A DNA stretch of 64,000 bases from the human T2T-CHM13v2.0 reference genome, Homo sapiens. The stretch is from assembly GCF_009914755.1 (NCBI RefSeq), contig NC_060944.1. One strand, 5' to 3'. Made by a program: the position numbers and the translations under genes. Below are positions 1-13,596 of this stretch, piece after piece. The notes below the pieces were generated by a model. The model was not told the origin of the DNA, did no database searches, and saw nothing but the letters and a program-made list of their open reading frames with translations. Every line of letters starts with the position of its first letter. The first letter of the stretch is position 1.

Positions 1-60
1 TGATGGTTTCAGCCACCAGTTTGTGGTTGTTTGTTAGAGCGGACCCGGGAAGCTAATACA
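1..60 (+). mobile_element. MaLR LTR (MLT1 family), 3' terminus
   Basis: agccaccagtttgtggttgtttgttagagc...ctaataca resembles the MLT1 3' end, which finishes in TAATACA. Confidence 0.7.
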
Positions 61-504
61 GAAGCCGGAGGAAGGGCCTCGGCCGGGAACACACACTCGG
101 ACTTGTCTTTGGAAAGACCTCAGGCCCCGAGGGCGGTCTGTGAATGTTTCTGTCGGTAAATTAAATTCTTGAGGGTTTTGCCTTGGCTGAGTCCTTGCCT
201 ATGGCCTCCCAAGAGTTGAAGGTCACATTTGGGGCTCACCCACCTTTCAGCCCCTTCTTATCTCCTCATCCTCAGGGCGGCATTTCTGTTCCTCTGTTAA
301 TCCAAACAACAGCTCTGTCTCTCATAAATGAGGTTGCCTTCAGTCATTTGCATTTTAACAAATTTGTGCCTTTTGTCCCTATTTTCCTAGGCAATGAGTC
401 AAAGAGCAGAAGAAGCCCCTTCACCCTCCAGCCACACATCACCCTTACACACACAACAGCACAAAGTGGGGCCCTCTCCCATCAGAGCAGGGAGAAGACC
501 CTTG

Positions 505-626
505 GGCCTTGGGATGTGGAGCAAGTCACTTTTTTCTCCTCAGCCTCAGTTTACCCCTTTGCAAATGAATGGGTTTGCCTAAATGGCTTCCAAGGGCTTC
601 TCCTGAATCCAACATTCTAGGATTCA
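505..626 (+). mobile_element. MIR3/MIR SINE fragment
   Basis: gcaagtcactt...cagcctcagtttacccctttgcaaatg MIR core followed by a MIR3-like tail (aacattctaggattc). Confidence 0.65.
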
Positions 627-869
627 AATATTTATTGTAGAATTCTCAGTATTCCATTCTCTGAGTCTTTCCCTCATCCAATTCTTCAGCAAATCCTCAT
701 GCAGAGCTCACTCTGCCACAGGCCATTTTCTTACTTAGAGCAGGGATCCAGCAGCGAACAGACAGATGAAATTCCACACTCATGTGGGTGACATTCCTGT
801 GGGTGCAAATGACAATAGCAAAACTGCAAGAGAGGGCATCAATTCCAGATGGTGACAGTCCTGTGCAGG

Positions 870-1515
870 TCACGGGGACATGGCGTCGGAGTGCAGAGGG
901 CTTCCTTGGGAAGGTCAGGGGTGTTCTCTGAGTGGGTGACACCTGGGTGAAGAACAAAGGGCAAGAGGGCGCAGGTCAGAGGGCGGCTGTGGGAAGAGCA
1001 TTCCAGGACGCAGGAGCAGCAGGTGCACAGGCCCTGGGGCAGGAGGACTGGGGCGTGGGAGGAGGAGCCAGAGGCCAGTGCGGCTGGGATGGGGGAGTGA
1101 GGGGAGGTGGTGGGAAGTGATCTGGGGAACCAGCAGGACTCTGCTGGGCCTTGTGGGAGGTGATGAGGAGGTGGAGTCTGCTGTTCCCAGTGCAGTGTGA
1201 GCCGCTGAAACATCCGCTCAGGGCCACATGGCCATTTTCAGGAGCTCACTCTGGGTGCGTGTGGAGAGTAGATTTCAGGCGTGGGAAGAGGAGTGGGAGC
1301 AGGAGGTCCCATGGGGGCTGTTGTAATGACCCAGGTGAGGACAGAGGTGCAGACTTTGGGACAGCAGCAGGGTGTGGACAGGAGTGGACAGACGGGGTGC
1401 ATTTTCAATTCAATAGATTCCATGGCAGCTGGAAGATGAGGGAGGGCCTGAGGATGCTGCCTGCTCACTGGCTTGAGGAACCGGGCGTTTGGTGGCGCCA
1501 CCAACTGAAAGGGGA
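870..1515 (-). mobile_element. L2 LINE 3' region fragment
   Basis: ggaagagcattccaggacgcaggagcagcaggtgcacaggccctggggcagg is the typical antisense L2 motif; purine-rich L2-like continuation. Confidence 0.7.
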
Positions 1516-2100
1516 CACTGAGTCTTTGGTGGCTTCATTGAAAACTTGCCAGATATGAAAGCCTGAGACGCTCCGATAACTGAGCCTCCAGGCTGTCCTC
1601 CCAAGGGCCTTCTGGATAGGAGGCCATGGGTACAAAGGAACTGGCATCCTGGTTCCCATGTCCCAGGCCCAACCCAGGGACTGAGCCCCAGGAAGACCAC
1701 AGAGCAGCACAAAGCCCAGATCTGCTGCTGCCTGGGCAGAGCCAAGCCCAGGATTTATGAAGGAAGCTGGCAGGAGCGGAAAAATTCCTTCGAAGATTGC
1801 CTCACTCATCACCATCCTCGGTGGCACCCTCAACCACAGGATGGAGAATCATTAGAAGATGGCAGTCTCATAGGGTCCTTCAAAATTACCACTTGCATTT
1901 GAACAAAGCTGTGCTTTCTTAGCCCCAACCCTCCCCATAAGCCTGGGCTATCAACTGGAGATAAATTTAGCTGCAAAAAAATGTCAAGATTCAGATACCC
2001 AGCTTAATCAAGGACACATTCTTCATTCCTCGGACTGTTGTACTTCTCAGGAGACCCCAGGGATTGCATGAGAGACTGAATCATCTTGTAAGTGAAATTA

Positions 2101-2226
2101 GAAGGAAGGAAGGAAGGAGGGAGGGAGGGAGAGAGGGAGGGAGGGAGGGAGAGAGAAGGAGGGAAGGAGGGAGGGAAGGAAGGAAGGAAAGAAAGAAGGA
2201 GGGAAAAGGCAAGAAAGGAGAAAGAG
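2101..2226. repeat. (GGAA)n/(GGGA)n homopurine simple repeat
   Basis: Directly visible, almost pure G/A tract. Confidence 0.95.
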
Positions 2227-3476
2227 GACTCTGAACATTCAGATAACAAAAGATTTACAGATCTGTTCTGACGTTCTGTTGACGGGGCACCCCATGTTCA
2301 GCCAGTTTTGCCTGTTTCAGTTTTTGTGACGAGTGCTCCTTGATGTTGGATGTTGGGCACAAGAGCACCCTCCTAAGCATCCAGCCTCTGTCTACTTTTT
2401 CCCTTTTGTGGGCACTGGTAACTTTCTCAGATCAGCACTAGAAACTCCCCTTTGGCTAAAATAATTACCAATGTGAAAATAACTGAGACAGGGTAGCCCT
2501 ACCACATGCCAGTTTGCAATGCTCAGCACGCACCAACCCGTTCGTGCTTCCCAGGACCTGTGAAGACAGAGCTGCTTTTAGCCCACTCTCTGCTGGGGAA
2601 GCACAGGAGGTGGGGAACTTTCCCAGGTTAGAGGTGGGCCCTCAGGGCAGGTTGTGTCCCCAGGGCCCCCTCCCACAGGCCTTTCTCCAACAAAGCAGCC
2701 CCCCCATTTATCCTGGCCAGATAACTGATTCCTTCCTGGTTGGCCTTGGTCTTTGGAGGACTTGCACCGAGTTTGCCAGGAGGGTGGGACTGACTGTCTT
2801 TGGTGAATTCATGGGGAGTTCCAGATGGAGCCAGCCCCTGGGAACCTGGCAAAGCAAAGCTTAGGTTTCCTGGTAGGGGAGGCCCAGAGACCATGTGCTC
2901 CCCCTGCTGGGGCCTCGTCCACCAGCCCCCAGACAGCCGCCTGCTCTGCAGGACCCAAAGTCAGGAGACAGAGGTGGACAATCCATGTTGCCTCTTAAAT
3001 GTTGCAGCCACAAGGCAAGAGGTCCTCAAGATGCGTCCCAGCAAAATCTAGAGATGAAAGTCAGCCTGTGTGAAGAGTGTCAGGAACCTACTATGGGGTC
3101 ATTGTACATTTTCCCTAGCTAAAAAGAATGGAAACCAAAAAAATGAATTATAAATAGACACTGTAGGGCTTCTTTTATTATTACACATATACAGTTTCAC
3201 AAAGCAGTGAGTCACCCTTATTCACATTAAGCAAAGTTCCAGCTTCCATGAAAAGGTCATTTTTCTATGCTTTTCTAAGATCCTGCCTGAAGGTGCCTGT
3301 TTCTCTCATGGGAAGGATGCAATGCTGCCTCTCACCATTGCAGCTCCTGACAGCCTATGAATGCCCGAAGGCCTTTTCCTCCTCTGTGATAGACACATTG
3401 TGATATGGATTTTCAAGGTCCATTTTATTCCTTCCAGAAGAAAAAGAGGCTTCATAATCTCAGAGCAGATTTGTCA

Positions 3477-3484
3477 TATATATA

Positions 3485-3539
<55 letters not shown>
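3477..3539. repeat. Compound (TA)n(TG)n(TA)n microsatellite
   Basis: Directly visible. Confidence 0.97.
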
Positions 3540-4424
3540 TCAGAGGTTATTGGGGAAAGACATAGGAATTGCTTTTTTCTTTTTAAATTGATTTTTGTTT
3601 TGTGGCAGCAAACTATGAGATGAACAAGAATGAGCATAAACCTAACTCTAAAACAGAAGAAAAATCACTGATTTTTAAGGAGAAGTGCAAATAGTAAGAG
3701 AATGCATATCAGCATGCGTTTATGAGTTCTAAATCTTGCCAAAACTAAAATCGTTTTTAAGAAAATTTTTTAAGCATTGTTACAAACATTGAATGCATCA
3801 TCTTCAAATGTCTTTAGTAGACATGGAGGCATGGGAGAATTAAAGCCAGTCTTTAGGAAGGAATAAAAAGCTACACTAAAGTTAATTATTGATCTCACAA
3901 TGGATGAGAAGAAAACACTTGGATTATAAAAAGGAAGCCCAGACAAAATAATATCACTTTGTAATGTCGAAAACTTAAGATTTTAACTTTTATCTTATGT
4001 ATCTGTTTCTGATGAACATTCATAATTATACATATTGTATTTATTTTCTTTGTCTTATAAGAAAAGATAAAGGATAAAGAGACGAATGTGTTTCAGGCGT
4101 GGTTCAGCCTATGAAGTCTCCATATTCATAGGAAGCCACTGGATTTATACAACATCAGGGGATCATAATGAACACCACGGTCTACTCTGAGTCTTGCAAA
4201 AGTGAGAACAATGTTAAAATGAAAACCCCAATTAGCCTGAATTAAGAGGCACTATTTTGTTCTGACCAGAGAGGATTTTCTCTGTGTGGTCTTATAGTTG
4301 AAGTCTCCTACCAGTAAGTTAGCATGTATTGGAGAATCTAAGATCTTTCCCAAGTTGGTCTGTTTTAGTCAGACTGTCCTAATTCCAACTGATGGCATCT
4401 AAATAAAAATTTATCTTATTAAAA

Positions 4425-5010
4425 AAGGCATAATGAGGAGTAATTGGCTCATGTCATTAAAAAGTCCAAGAGCAATAGCTTCAGGCATGGCTGGATCCAG
4501 GTACTCAAATGATGGTATCAGGAAGTGACACCCACCCCCCCACCTCCTAGCTGTGACTTGTTCTCTGTGAATCCCATTCTCAGGCAAGCTCTTCTGTCCT
4601 GGCACCTATTCACATCCTCAGGAGCTCTGAGAGAAAAATAAATTTTCTGTCCCACAGTTTCAACAAAAGTCTCAGAATTGAGTCTCACATGTCCACCTAT
4701 GATCCAATCTCTGTCCAAGGGCATAGAATTTTCTAATGGCTCAAACTCACTGCTGTTACAGCAAAAGATAGCAAAAGAACCCAGACTCAAGCTTTTCAAA
4801 CAATGTTTTGCTGTTTAGAAGAGCCATGCTGCAGGAAGGAAGGAGGACAGAGAACTCACCAGTTACTAGTGGCTTTTCATGACCTGGCAAAACAAGGAGG
4901 TGACATAGCAAAACAAGCCCATTCAGATTGAATGACAGGGTACCTAGACCCACCTTTCATGGGAGGAGTGTTTAAAACCATGCAGCATGTTTTTAAAACC
5001 ACCATAGTTG
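4425..5010 (-). mobile_element. Old MaLR LTR fragments (MLT1J/K-like)
   Basis: cttcaggcatggctggatccaggtactcaaatgat and gacccacctttcatgggaggag are antisense MLT1 motifs. Confidence 0.6.
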
Positions 5011-5876
5011 GTAGTCAGCTCAAAACACATCCTAGATTGGCTTTTCCTCTTCCCGCATTTTATTCTTGCCAGTCCCCCAAATCCAGATCCTGGGATCATT
5101 TCTGGGAAATAATCTACCTGCTCTTGTCTCAGGTCCTGCATGTGGAGGATCCCAGGCAAAGACACTGTCCATAGCCCCTTCAGGCTTATCGGATATGGTT
5201 TGTTTTAGATGGAAATGAGTTCTATACTGAACCTGCTTCAGGTGGAATTTGTGATTATCCTTGAGATAAAGGAAATTCACCCAGGGGTAAATTCCAACAT
5301 AAACACATATTCTGCTTTCTTTCAAAAGACTACTTTACCTTCTACTTTTCCCATCTCTTCCATTAATGGTTGCCTGCATTCCCTGAACTTTGCATAATTG
5401 GAAGAGCTCTTTAATTATCTTTTAATTCTTTCTCAATTTTCAGATGCATTAGCATGTATAAAAGGGAGATGAAACATTGCTCCCCCCTTTTTATTTAACT
5501 TTATAATCCTTTTGTTACAACGTGGCAGGGTCTGGTTTGACTCAAATTACACATCTGAGTAGCTCATTAAAAAGAAGTTGCCTGGGAGTTTGAATTTGCT
5601 TTCTCTGCTGAGTCACTTTACCTCCATAAACCTCAGACAAATAAAGTTCAGAACTGGAGGTCGCATACAATGCTGGTTTATGTTAAAGTATTCACCATTT
5701 ACCTGGGTCATACTTAAGCCTTGATTTTTTTCCCTTTCCTAAAAGAAGCAACCTGCGACTTTTTTGACCAGAAGAACAGTTAGCATGCTTAACATCTTTG
5801 CTGATTTAGGAGTTATTTCAAAGAGGTCTTCTGGTTGATTTACTTTATCTTACTTAGGGGATGCTATTTTGTTATC

Positions 5877-6178
5877 TTTTTAAATTTTTTATTTTAGAGA
5901 CTGGGTATTGCTCTGTCACCCAGGCTGGACAGTGGCACAATCGTAGCCCACCGCAGCCTTGAATTCCTGGACTAAAGCGATCCTCCCCATTCAGCCTCCT
6001 GAACGGCTGGGACTACAGGCATGCATCACCATACTTGGCTAATTTTTAAATATTTTTTTTGTAGATACGGAGTCTCACTATGTTGCCCAGGCTGGTCTTG
6101 AACTCCTGGCTTCAAATGATGCTCCCGCCTCAGCCTCCCAAAGTACCTGAATTATAACTGTGAGCCACTATGCCCAGC
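5877..6178 (-). mobile_element. AluJ
   Basis: Full antisense dimer with J-type diagnostics (cgcagccttgaattcctgg, aagcgatcctccc). Confidence 0.93.
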
Positions 6179-6464
6179 AAAGCTGTTTTTAAAATGGGTT
6201 TTTTCATAAGTTGATGATAGTGCTGGGACACCCCAGGTCATGAAGACCCCCAAAGCTCCTCAAGTAGACAAGTAAAGCACAAGATAGACTGTCGCCTTGC
6301 TGGTTGGATTCTCATACAACCAAATGGCACTGTGGGTTGAGAGGATGCTATCTTATTTACATGTCAGAAAACCTGAAGTTTATCAACAACATCAAGTTGG
6401 CTGTTTGCTCTGTGCCTAGACAGTCTTCTTGTATATGTACTGTATACCCAATAACATATAAACA

Positions 6465-6635
6465 ATTCATCTGTTTAATACTTTCAACACCCTCTGAAGA
6501 AGATATTATTTTCTACCCCAAGCACAAACAGGAGAAAACAGAGGCCCCAAGAGCTCATGTAACTAGCTTGTAGATGGTACAACCTCATCTTGAACCTAGA
6601 ACTCCAACTCCAGAGCTTGGGCCAATAACCATGCA
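6465..6635 (-). mobile_element. MIR SINE
   Basis: acaggagaaaacagaggc...cttgaacctagaactccaactccagagc, antisense MIR. Confidence 0.65.
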
Positions 6636-6657
6636 TCACCTTTGCAAGGGAGTCTTC

Positions 6658-6758
6658 TAGGGTGACCAGATTTAGCAAATAAAAGCACAGGATGCCTGCC
6701 CAGTTACACAATGAATATCTAAATATTGCATGGTCCTGGAATGAATCTGGCAATCTTA
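6658..6758. mobile_element. MER53 hAT MITE, internally deleted
   Basis: Termini tagggtgaccagatttagcaaataaaa and atctggcaatctta; flanks gagtcttc/gattctcc look like a degenerate 8-bp TSD. Confidence 0.75.
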
Positions 6759-7203
6759 GATTCTCCTGGCTGAATCTCCAGTGCTGACAACATGGCCCAG
6801 CACAGAGTCCTCCACAGATGACCAGAGACAAAGCAGGAAACGTGGCCCGTGGGACTGATATCGTCACCATGAGACCTGTGAAGAGGGTGACGAGGCACAC
6901 CAAGAGGACAAAAGGAACAGGTTGAAATGTGTGGCTACGTCTAGAAGGAAAATGATAACAGGCATCCTTGTGAAGAGACACTGGTCATCTAAATTCATGG
7001 CACGTCTGCATAGCGTTCAGGAAAGTGTTTCAAAAACGTCCTCAAAATTTTTCCCTATCTATACCCCACTTGTACTATGTTTTACTTTTTTCTTTAATTT
7101 GACTCACTGTTTTACATAAATAAATATATTCAAACAGAACACTTGATATCACCACTGTAAAAGTAAAACTATTATCATTTGCTGTAAGTTGAAGGTTACT
7201 ATA

Positions 7204-7930
<727 letters not shown>

Positions 7931-8385
7931 CCCTGTCCAAATAATGCCTAAGGTTATTTTTCGTGTTACAGTGAATGGGTACTACCCATCAGGAAATATT
8001 GGTTGAAATAAGGGACATTATGCATATAAATTTATACTAATGGATACAAAAATATTCATTTTAATATATTAATTTGACTCCTTAGGAAATTCATTTATAA
8101 TTTTAACTCTGTTGAGCTATTCTTGAATAATCACTTAAAAATCTTAATGAGAGAAAATCAACCAGCCAGAAACAACTCCCAGCTGAGCCCTGACAAACCC
8201 ATATGGCAGTCACTTCCAGGGCTGGGTTCTCTTTAATGGGTGTTATAGGAGTGGTTCTCATGGAGATTTCTGTTACTTTAGTTCAAAGCCGCTCATGCCA
8301 TGAATTGCAAACAATTGAAGAGGATCAGTTATGAATTTATTTTGGGAAAGGCCTTCTTTGTTGAAGATACACTGGAGGCAGATTT

Positions 8386-8856
8386 TTGTGGCATATCCGG
8401 TAATTGATACTAATCCTGCATGCCTCTGTAAGAGGGTTATACACTGTGACCTTTTGTCATGTACCTCTGCAGGGCCCTCCCACATGGGCAGAGTGGATCT
8501 CCCACCCCATACACTTTGAGCTTGGTCATGTAACTTGCTTTGAGCCATGTGAGAAGACTTTGCATAGAATCCACCTGAGCAAAGCTTGTACATCCGACAC
8601 AAATTGCACATGTAAGTATTTCTTCAAGCAATTGTTCCTCTTCTAGCCAAGGTCCCAGAACAAGAGAGGCACAAAACTGAACTGAGATCATTTTACAGGC
8701 TGTAGCCAAGCCCAGCTGGTCTGCAGCCTGAGCCAACATCAGCCAAACCCATCTACACTATAGGCTCTTGAGTGTGAAAATAAACATTTGTTGTTGTAGG
8801 TCACTGAATTTTGGGTTGGTGTGCTACATATTACCATGATGGCAAAAACTGATATA
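8386..8856 (+). mobile_element. MLT1 (H/I-like) MaLR LTR
   Basis: cttggtcatgtaacttgctttgagcc...aataaacatttgttgttgt...aaaactgatata. Confidence 0.7.
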
Positions 8857-9958
8857 TCTCTGTATTTTAAAACTGAGCCCTTCTTTGTCTGCATTTATTG
8901 GAAATGGGCTCCTAAGAAGTATCTCATGCTGTGGATAGACAAAGGCACTAGGTCAGGGGCACATTGAGAGAATGGTTTTCTCTCGCCATCAATAGCAGAA
9001 AGCACAGGTCTTCGTGGTTTTCTCAGTCCTTCTACCTTAAAGCAGGTCAGCCAAGTTCACCACCCTTGAGCCAGGCAGTGTCCAGCAACCTCCTCCAACA
9101 GTGGATGGCCCAGGAAGAAGAAGAGAATAAAGAAGAAGAGAAGAGCACACTCCTGAGCTCACTCCTTTCATCTTCCTGCTCTTTGATTTCAAAGTAAATA
9201 ACTTGTGAACATTTTCACCCCGATCATCTGAGATAAGATGGAGATGGGTATAGAAATGAATGTATTGATTAGGCACCATTCACAGACCTGCTCCCTTTTT
9301 TGTAAGAGGCTGTAATTTGAGCGCTCTGATTTTTCAAGTCAGTGAAATGCTAAATGGAAGCCCATCAGCCAGTATAAAAGAGATTTCCAAAATAACATCA
9401 CAGGGAAAAGATCTTTTGATAATATATTCCTAAAGAGTTTTAAGCTACATAACATTTTCTGCCCCTAAATTGGCAGCTCTTGCTTCCTTCGCTTTCCAGT
9501 TTTCCAGATTTCGATCCCAGAATGTTTTTTATGTTGCAAAACGTGCTTACCACTTACCTCCCCACCAGGCGGAATTGTCTCTTTCGCATATTGCAGTTAA
9601 TTTTAAACCCGAGATGGGTGACTTCTTCACTGCTGAGTCACTGGAATGGGAATGGCCTGATGTTCGGCATACATGTGGGCAGAGATATGGGGTCTGTTAG
9701 TAGAAAAGCAACACTCAGCATATCCCTGAAGAGACCAAAATAACAGACAAATGAATCTCTGCTGCTCTCCAAGAAGGATCTTCCTTTAGTAGAACTTTTC
9801 CCAAAAACAGAAAAAAGGAGTCTTTCTGGCCACCTGTCAAAATCTAGACAAGTCAAGAAATAAGTGACATGCAAAGGACTAATATCCAGAATCTGCAAGA
9901 AACTCGAACAAATCAGCAAGAAAAAAACCAATAATCCCATCAAAAGCAGGCAAAAGAT

Positions 9959-10555
9959 ATGAATAGATATTTCTCAAAAGAAGATATACAAATGGCCAAC
10001 AAACATATGAAAAGAGGTCCAACATCACTAATCATCAGGGAAATGCAAATTAAAATGACAGTGAGATACCATCTTACTCCTGCAAGAATGGCCATAATTA
10101 AAAAGTCAAAAAACAATGGATGTTGGCATGGATGTGGTGAAAAGGGAACACTTTTACACTGCCGGTGGGAATGTAAATTAGTACAGCCACTATGGAAAAC
10201 AGTATGGAGATTCCTTAAAGAACTAAAAGTAGGACTACCATTTGATCCAGCAATCCCATTACTGGGTAACTACCCAAAGGAAAAGAAGTCTTTATATGAA
10301 AAAGACACATGCACACACATGTTTATAGCAGCACAATTTGCAATTGCAAAGATATGGAACCAACCTAAATGTCCATCAACCAAGGAATGGATAAAGAGAA
10401 TGTGGTATACCATGGAATATTATGCAGTTATAAAAAAGAATGAGATCATGTCTTTTGCAGAGACATGGGCGGAGCTGGAAGCCATTATTGTCAGCAAACT
10501 AATGCAGGAACAGAAAACCAAATACCGCATGTTCTCACTTATAAGTGGGAGCTGA
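9959..10555 (+). pseudogene. LINE-1 ORF2p C-terminal fragment (198 aa, non-autonomous, chimeric)
   Basis: Translation contains the L1 ORF2 C-terminus: [35 protein letters not shown]...[10 protein letters not shown]...MFSLISGS. Confidence 0.9.
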
Positions 10556-10820
10556 ATGATGAGAACACACGAACACATGTGAAGGAACAACACACACTGG
10601 GTCCTGTCAGAGGGTGGGGAGTGGGAGGAGGGAGAACATCAGGAAGAATACCTTAGGGATATTGGGCTTCATACCTAGGGGTGCTCTGTGCAGCAAACCA
10701 CCATGGCACACGTTTACCTATGTAACAAACCTACACACCTGCACCTGTACCCCTGAACTTAAAATAAAAGTTGGAAAAAAAAATAAAGTATGGATTTCAT
10801 CTTAAAAAAATAAAATAAAA
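10410..10820 (+). mobile_element. Older L1PA (about PA13-16) 3' end inserted into the L1PB
   Basis: Distinct 3'UTR (gcagcaaaccaccatggcacacgtttacctatgtaacaaacct...cctgaacttaaaataaaagttgg) and A tail, flanked by duplicated aatgtggtata. Confidence 0.8.
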
Positions 10821-11077
10821 TGTGGTATATATACACAATGGAATACTACTCAGCCATAAAAAGGAATAAAATGATGTCTTCTGCAGCAATTTGGATGGAG
10901 CTGGAGGCCATTATTCTAAGTGAAGTAACTCAGGAATGAAAAACCAAATATCATTATGTTCTCACTTATAAGTGGGAGCTAAACTGTGAGGATGCAAAGG
11001 CGTAGGAGTGATATAATAGACTTTGGGGACAAGGGGGGAAAGTTGGGAGGGGCTGAGCGTTAAAAGACTACATACCA

Positions 11078-11390
11078 GGTCCAGACGGGGTGGCTCACGC
11101 CTGTAATCCCAGGACTTTGGGAGGCGGAGGCGGGTAGATCACGAGGTCAGGAGTTTGAGACCAGCCTGGCCAACATGGTGAAACCCCGTCTCTACTAAAA
11201 ATACAAAAATTAGCTGGGTGTGGTGGTGCACCCCTGTAATCCCAGCCACTTGGGAGGCTGAGGCAGGAGAATGGCTTGAACCCAGGAGGGGAGGTTGCAA
11301 TGAGCCAAGATCGTGCCATGGTACTCTAGCTTGGGTAACAAAGCAAGACACTGTCTCAAAAAAAAGAAAACAAAAAACAACAACAAAAAA
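11078..11390 (+). mobile_element. AluS (Sg-like) inserted in the L1PB 3'UTR
   Basis: Full dimer; TSD actacatac on both sides. Confidence 0.95.
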
Positions 11391-13374
11391 CTACATACTG
11401 GGTACAGTGTACACTGCTTGGGTGATGGGTGCACCAAAATCTCAGAAATCACCACTAAATAACTAATTCATGTAACCCAAAACCACCTGTACCCCAAAAG
11501 CTATTGAAATAAAAATTTAAAAAATTAAATTTAATTTAAAAAATTTCTCAGAAAAGAATAAGTGTCATGGGAACATTTTAGAGGTTATGAAAGAAACACA
11601 AAGAGAAGTGTCTCTCTTCAGGGAACCCTCAAGATGTAGACAGAGACAAGATTTTAAAATGTACAAGAAGGACGTATGTGTGATGTCACGGTGCCAGATG
11701 AACATGCTAAAAATTCCAATTCCCTGAGTCTCCATCTCCAGAAAAGTGCTTCCATTATAAATGATGCATTTTGCTGTGGTTATACCCGCGTCTTCTGAAA
11801 AGTATGTGTTTTAATTAAGTATTCTTCCTTCTCCTGTAGATGTTAGAATTCCCAGTCAGTCTAAGTTTTGATGGTCCAGGCATCATCTACCACCGCTCGA
11901 GCCGAAGAATAAGAAGTCCTCAATCAATTTTGGTTGACAACCTAGCGACGCTGGGAAGCCTGGGAAGACAGATCTCACTTTGGGCTGGGAGGGTTACAAA
12001 GAAGGGGCGTCTTCATTTTGTGAGGAATCGTAATGTTCCCTTGCACATGGGCTGTATTTTCTCAGAAGCTGACACTGTTTTCGGGCAGGAGGCCCATGCA
12101 TGAAATATGACTCACACTTCGTATCACAGCTGAGAGTGACCGCAGTGTGAACCTAAGATCAGTTCTCAATTTGTACCTGGTCAGATGCAGCTGCTGGAAA
12201 ATTCCCAGTCCCTAACAGTCTAAAACGATTCGTAAACTCAAATAGAGAGAAAAGTGGAATCATCCTTCAATATTACTATCTGGACTCCCCCCAGCTCCCC
12301 GCCACACACACAAAGCCTGCCAGGTCTCCACACTGCGTTCATCTGAGCAGAATTTACAAGCCCCACAAAGGAGAACTCAGGCCACGACAGCTACCGGGCA
12401 GGGGACACAGATGGGCCAGGCAGTTGGTATTGTACAGACCTTGGCAACAAGAGGGTGTACACTGACCAAAAATTAATGCATCACAACTAGATTATTAGAA
12501 TAACCCATGTTCACTTCACGCTGAGCATGAGCCCACTCATTGCTCCTCAGTCACAGCTTCCCTCCCTCCACTCCCTCATCACAAACCTCTCTCTCTCCTT
12601 AAATCTCCTCCTCCCTGCCTGCTTTACCAGGGCTCCAAAGCTCCCTCTCCTCCCCTGGCTGGTACCCGATGTGCCTGCAGCCAGGGGCACAAGTGTGGGG
12701 ACAAGGTGCAGATGCTTCAGCTGGTCATTCCCCTTCTCCCTCTCCAATACCTGGACCCCTTCTCTGCCTGGGGCTCCCTGTCCCAGAACTGGCCCCTGAG
12801 AACTGCATCTCCTGGGCTCCCTGCCCTCTGGCATTCAGTTGGGGTTCAGCAAAAGGGAGGCTCCCCTAAAGGTTAAGGACAGGAGGGGAAAGGTTGGGGT
12901 GCCTCTTCTTTACTCTCGCTGTGGTGTGACCGCAGCCCTGTGGGCAGCCCCTTCCCTGCAGGAGTTTCCCAGGGTTGCCCATGCACTCCCCTCCACCTGC
13001 CCCTCCAGCCCTGGGCTCTGGGCAGCTCCCTCACTTGCTGGTCCCCAGGTGCTCCCAGTTTCCTTAATTCTGCCCCAAACCCCTGCCTTGCATGCCTGTG
13101 TTTCCCACCGGGACTAGGTGTGAAAGAATCTGCTAGACCAGAGCCCAGGAAACAATCAGGAACCGAGTCGCTGACCCAAAGGAGGCTCAGCAGAGAGGAA
13201 CCTAAGTCTGCAGCCCTGGGTGCTGCGACTCTTCCTACCACAGAAACCAGCAACGCCGCACATGGCCACCCACATCCCCAGTCCTGCGCCTCATTGGCCC
13301 TGTGCACACATCGCCACGGGGTGCCCCACACCACAACCTGCCCTGAGGCTTGGCTCCTGCAGCTGAACCAGGCT

Positions 13375-13596
13375 ACAGAGCAGCAGGGAGGGGTGCAAGC
13401 TCTCCTTGGAACCCTGGCTCAGCCCCTTCCAAGCTGTGTGGCTGTAGGGAGGTTATTTGCCCTCTCTGGCCTCAGTCTCCTCCCCTGTAAAATGGGTGGC
13501 ATGATGGACCTGCCTCGTGGGGTGGGAGGGGGCTTCAGTGATATGCTGCAGGCACAGTGTTCAGATCCAGGCCTGCACAGGACGGGCTCAGTAAAC
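13375..13596 (+). mobile_element. MIR SINE
   Basis: ctctctggcctcagtctcctcccctgtaaaatggg core. Confidence 0.7.

Larger units (their letters stand above)
9872..11545 (+). mobile_element. L1PB 3' end (5'-truncated), interrupted by an L1PA fragment and an Alu
   Basis: L1PB-type ORF2 end (cttactcctgcaagaatggcc) and 3'UTR (gggtacagtgtacactgcttgggtgatgggtgcacc); TSD aataagtgacatg 9859-9871 / aataagtgtcatg 11557-11569. Confidence 0.9.

Noticed and set aside
1489-1504. 16-bp perfect palindrome TTGGTGGCGCCACCAA
   Set aside because: About one such palindrome is expected by chance in 64 kb (64000/4^8), and it lies in an L2 remnant.
2101-2226. GGAA microsatellite as an EWS-FLI1 response element
   Set aside because: Uninterrupted GGAA runs are short (about 3-4 units) and broken by GGGA/GAGA.
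11820-12103. Good splice acceptor followed by an 87-aa ORF
   Set aside because: No recognisable peptide, matching donor or partner exon; such acceptors are common by chance.
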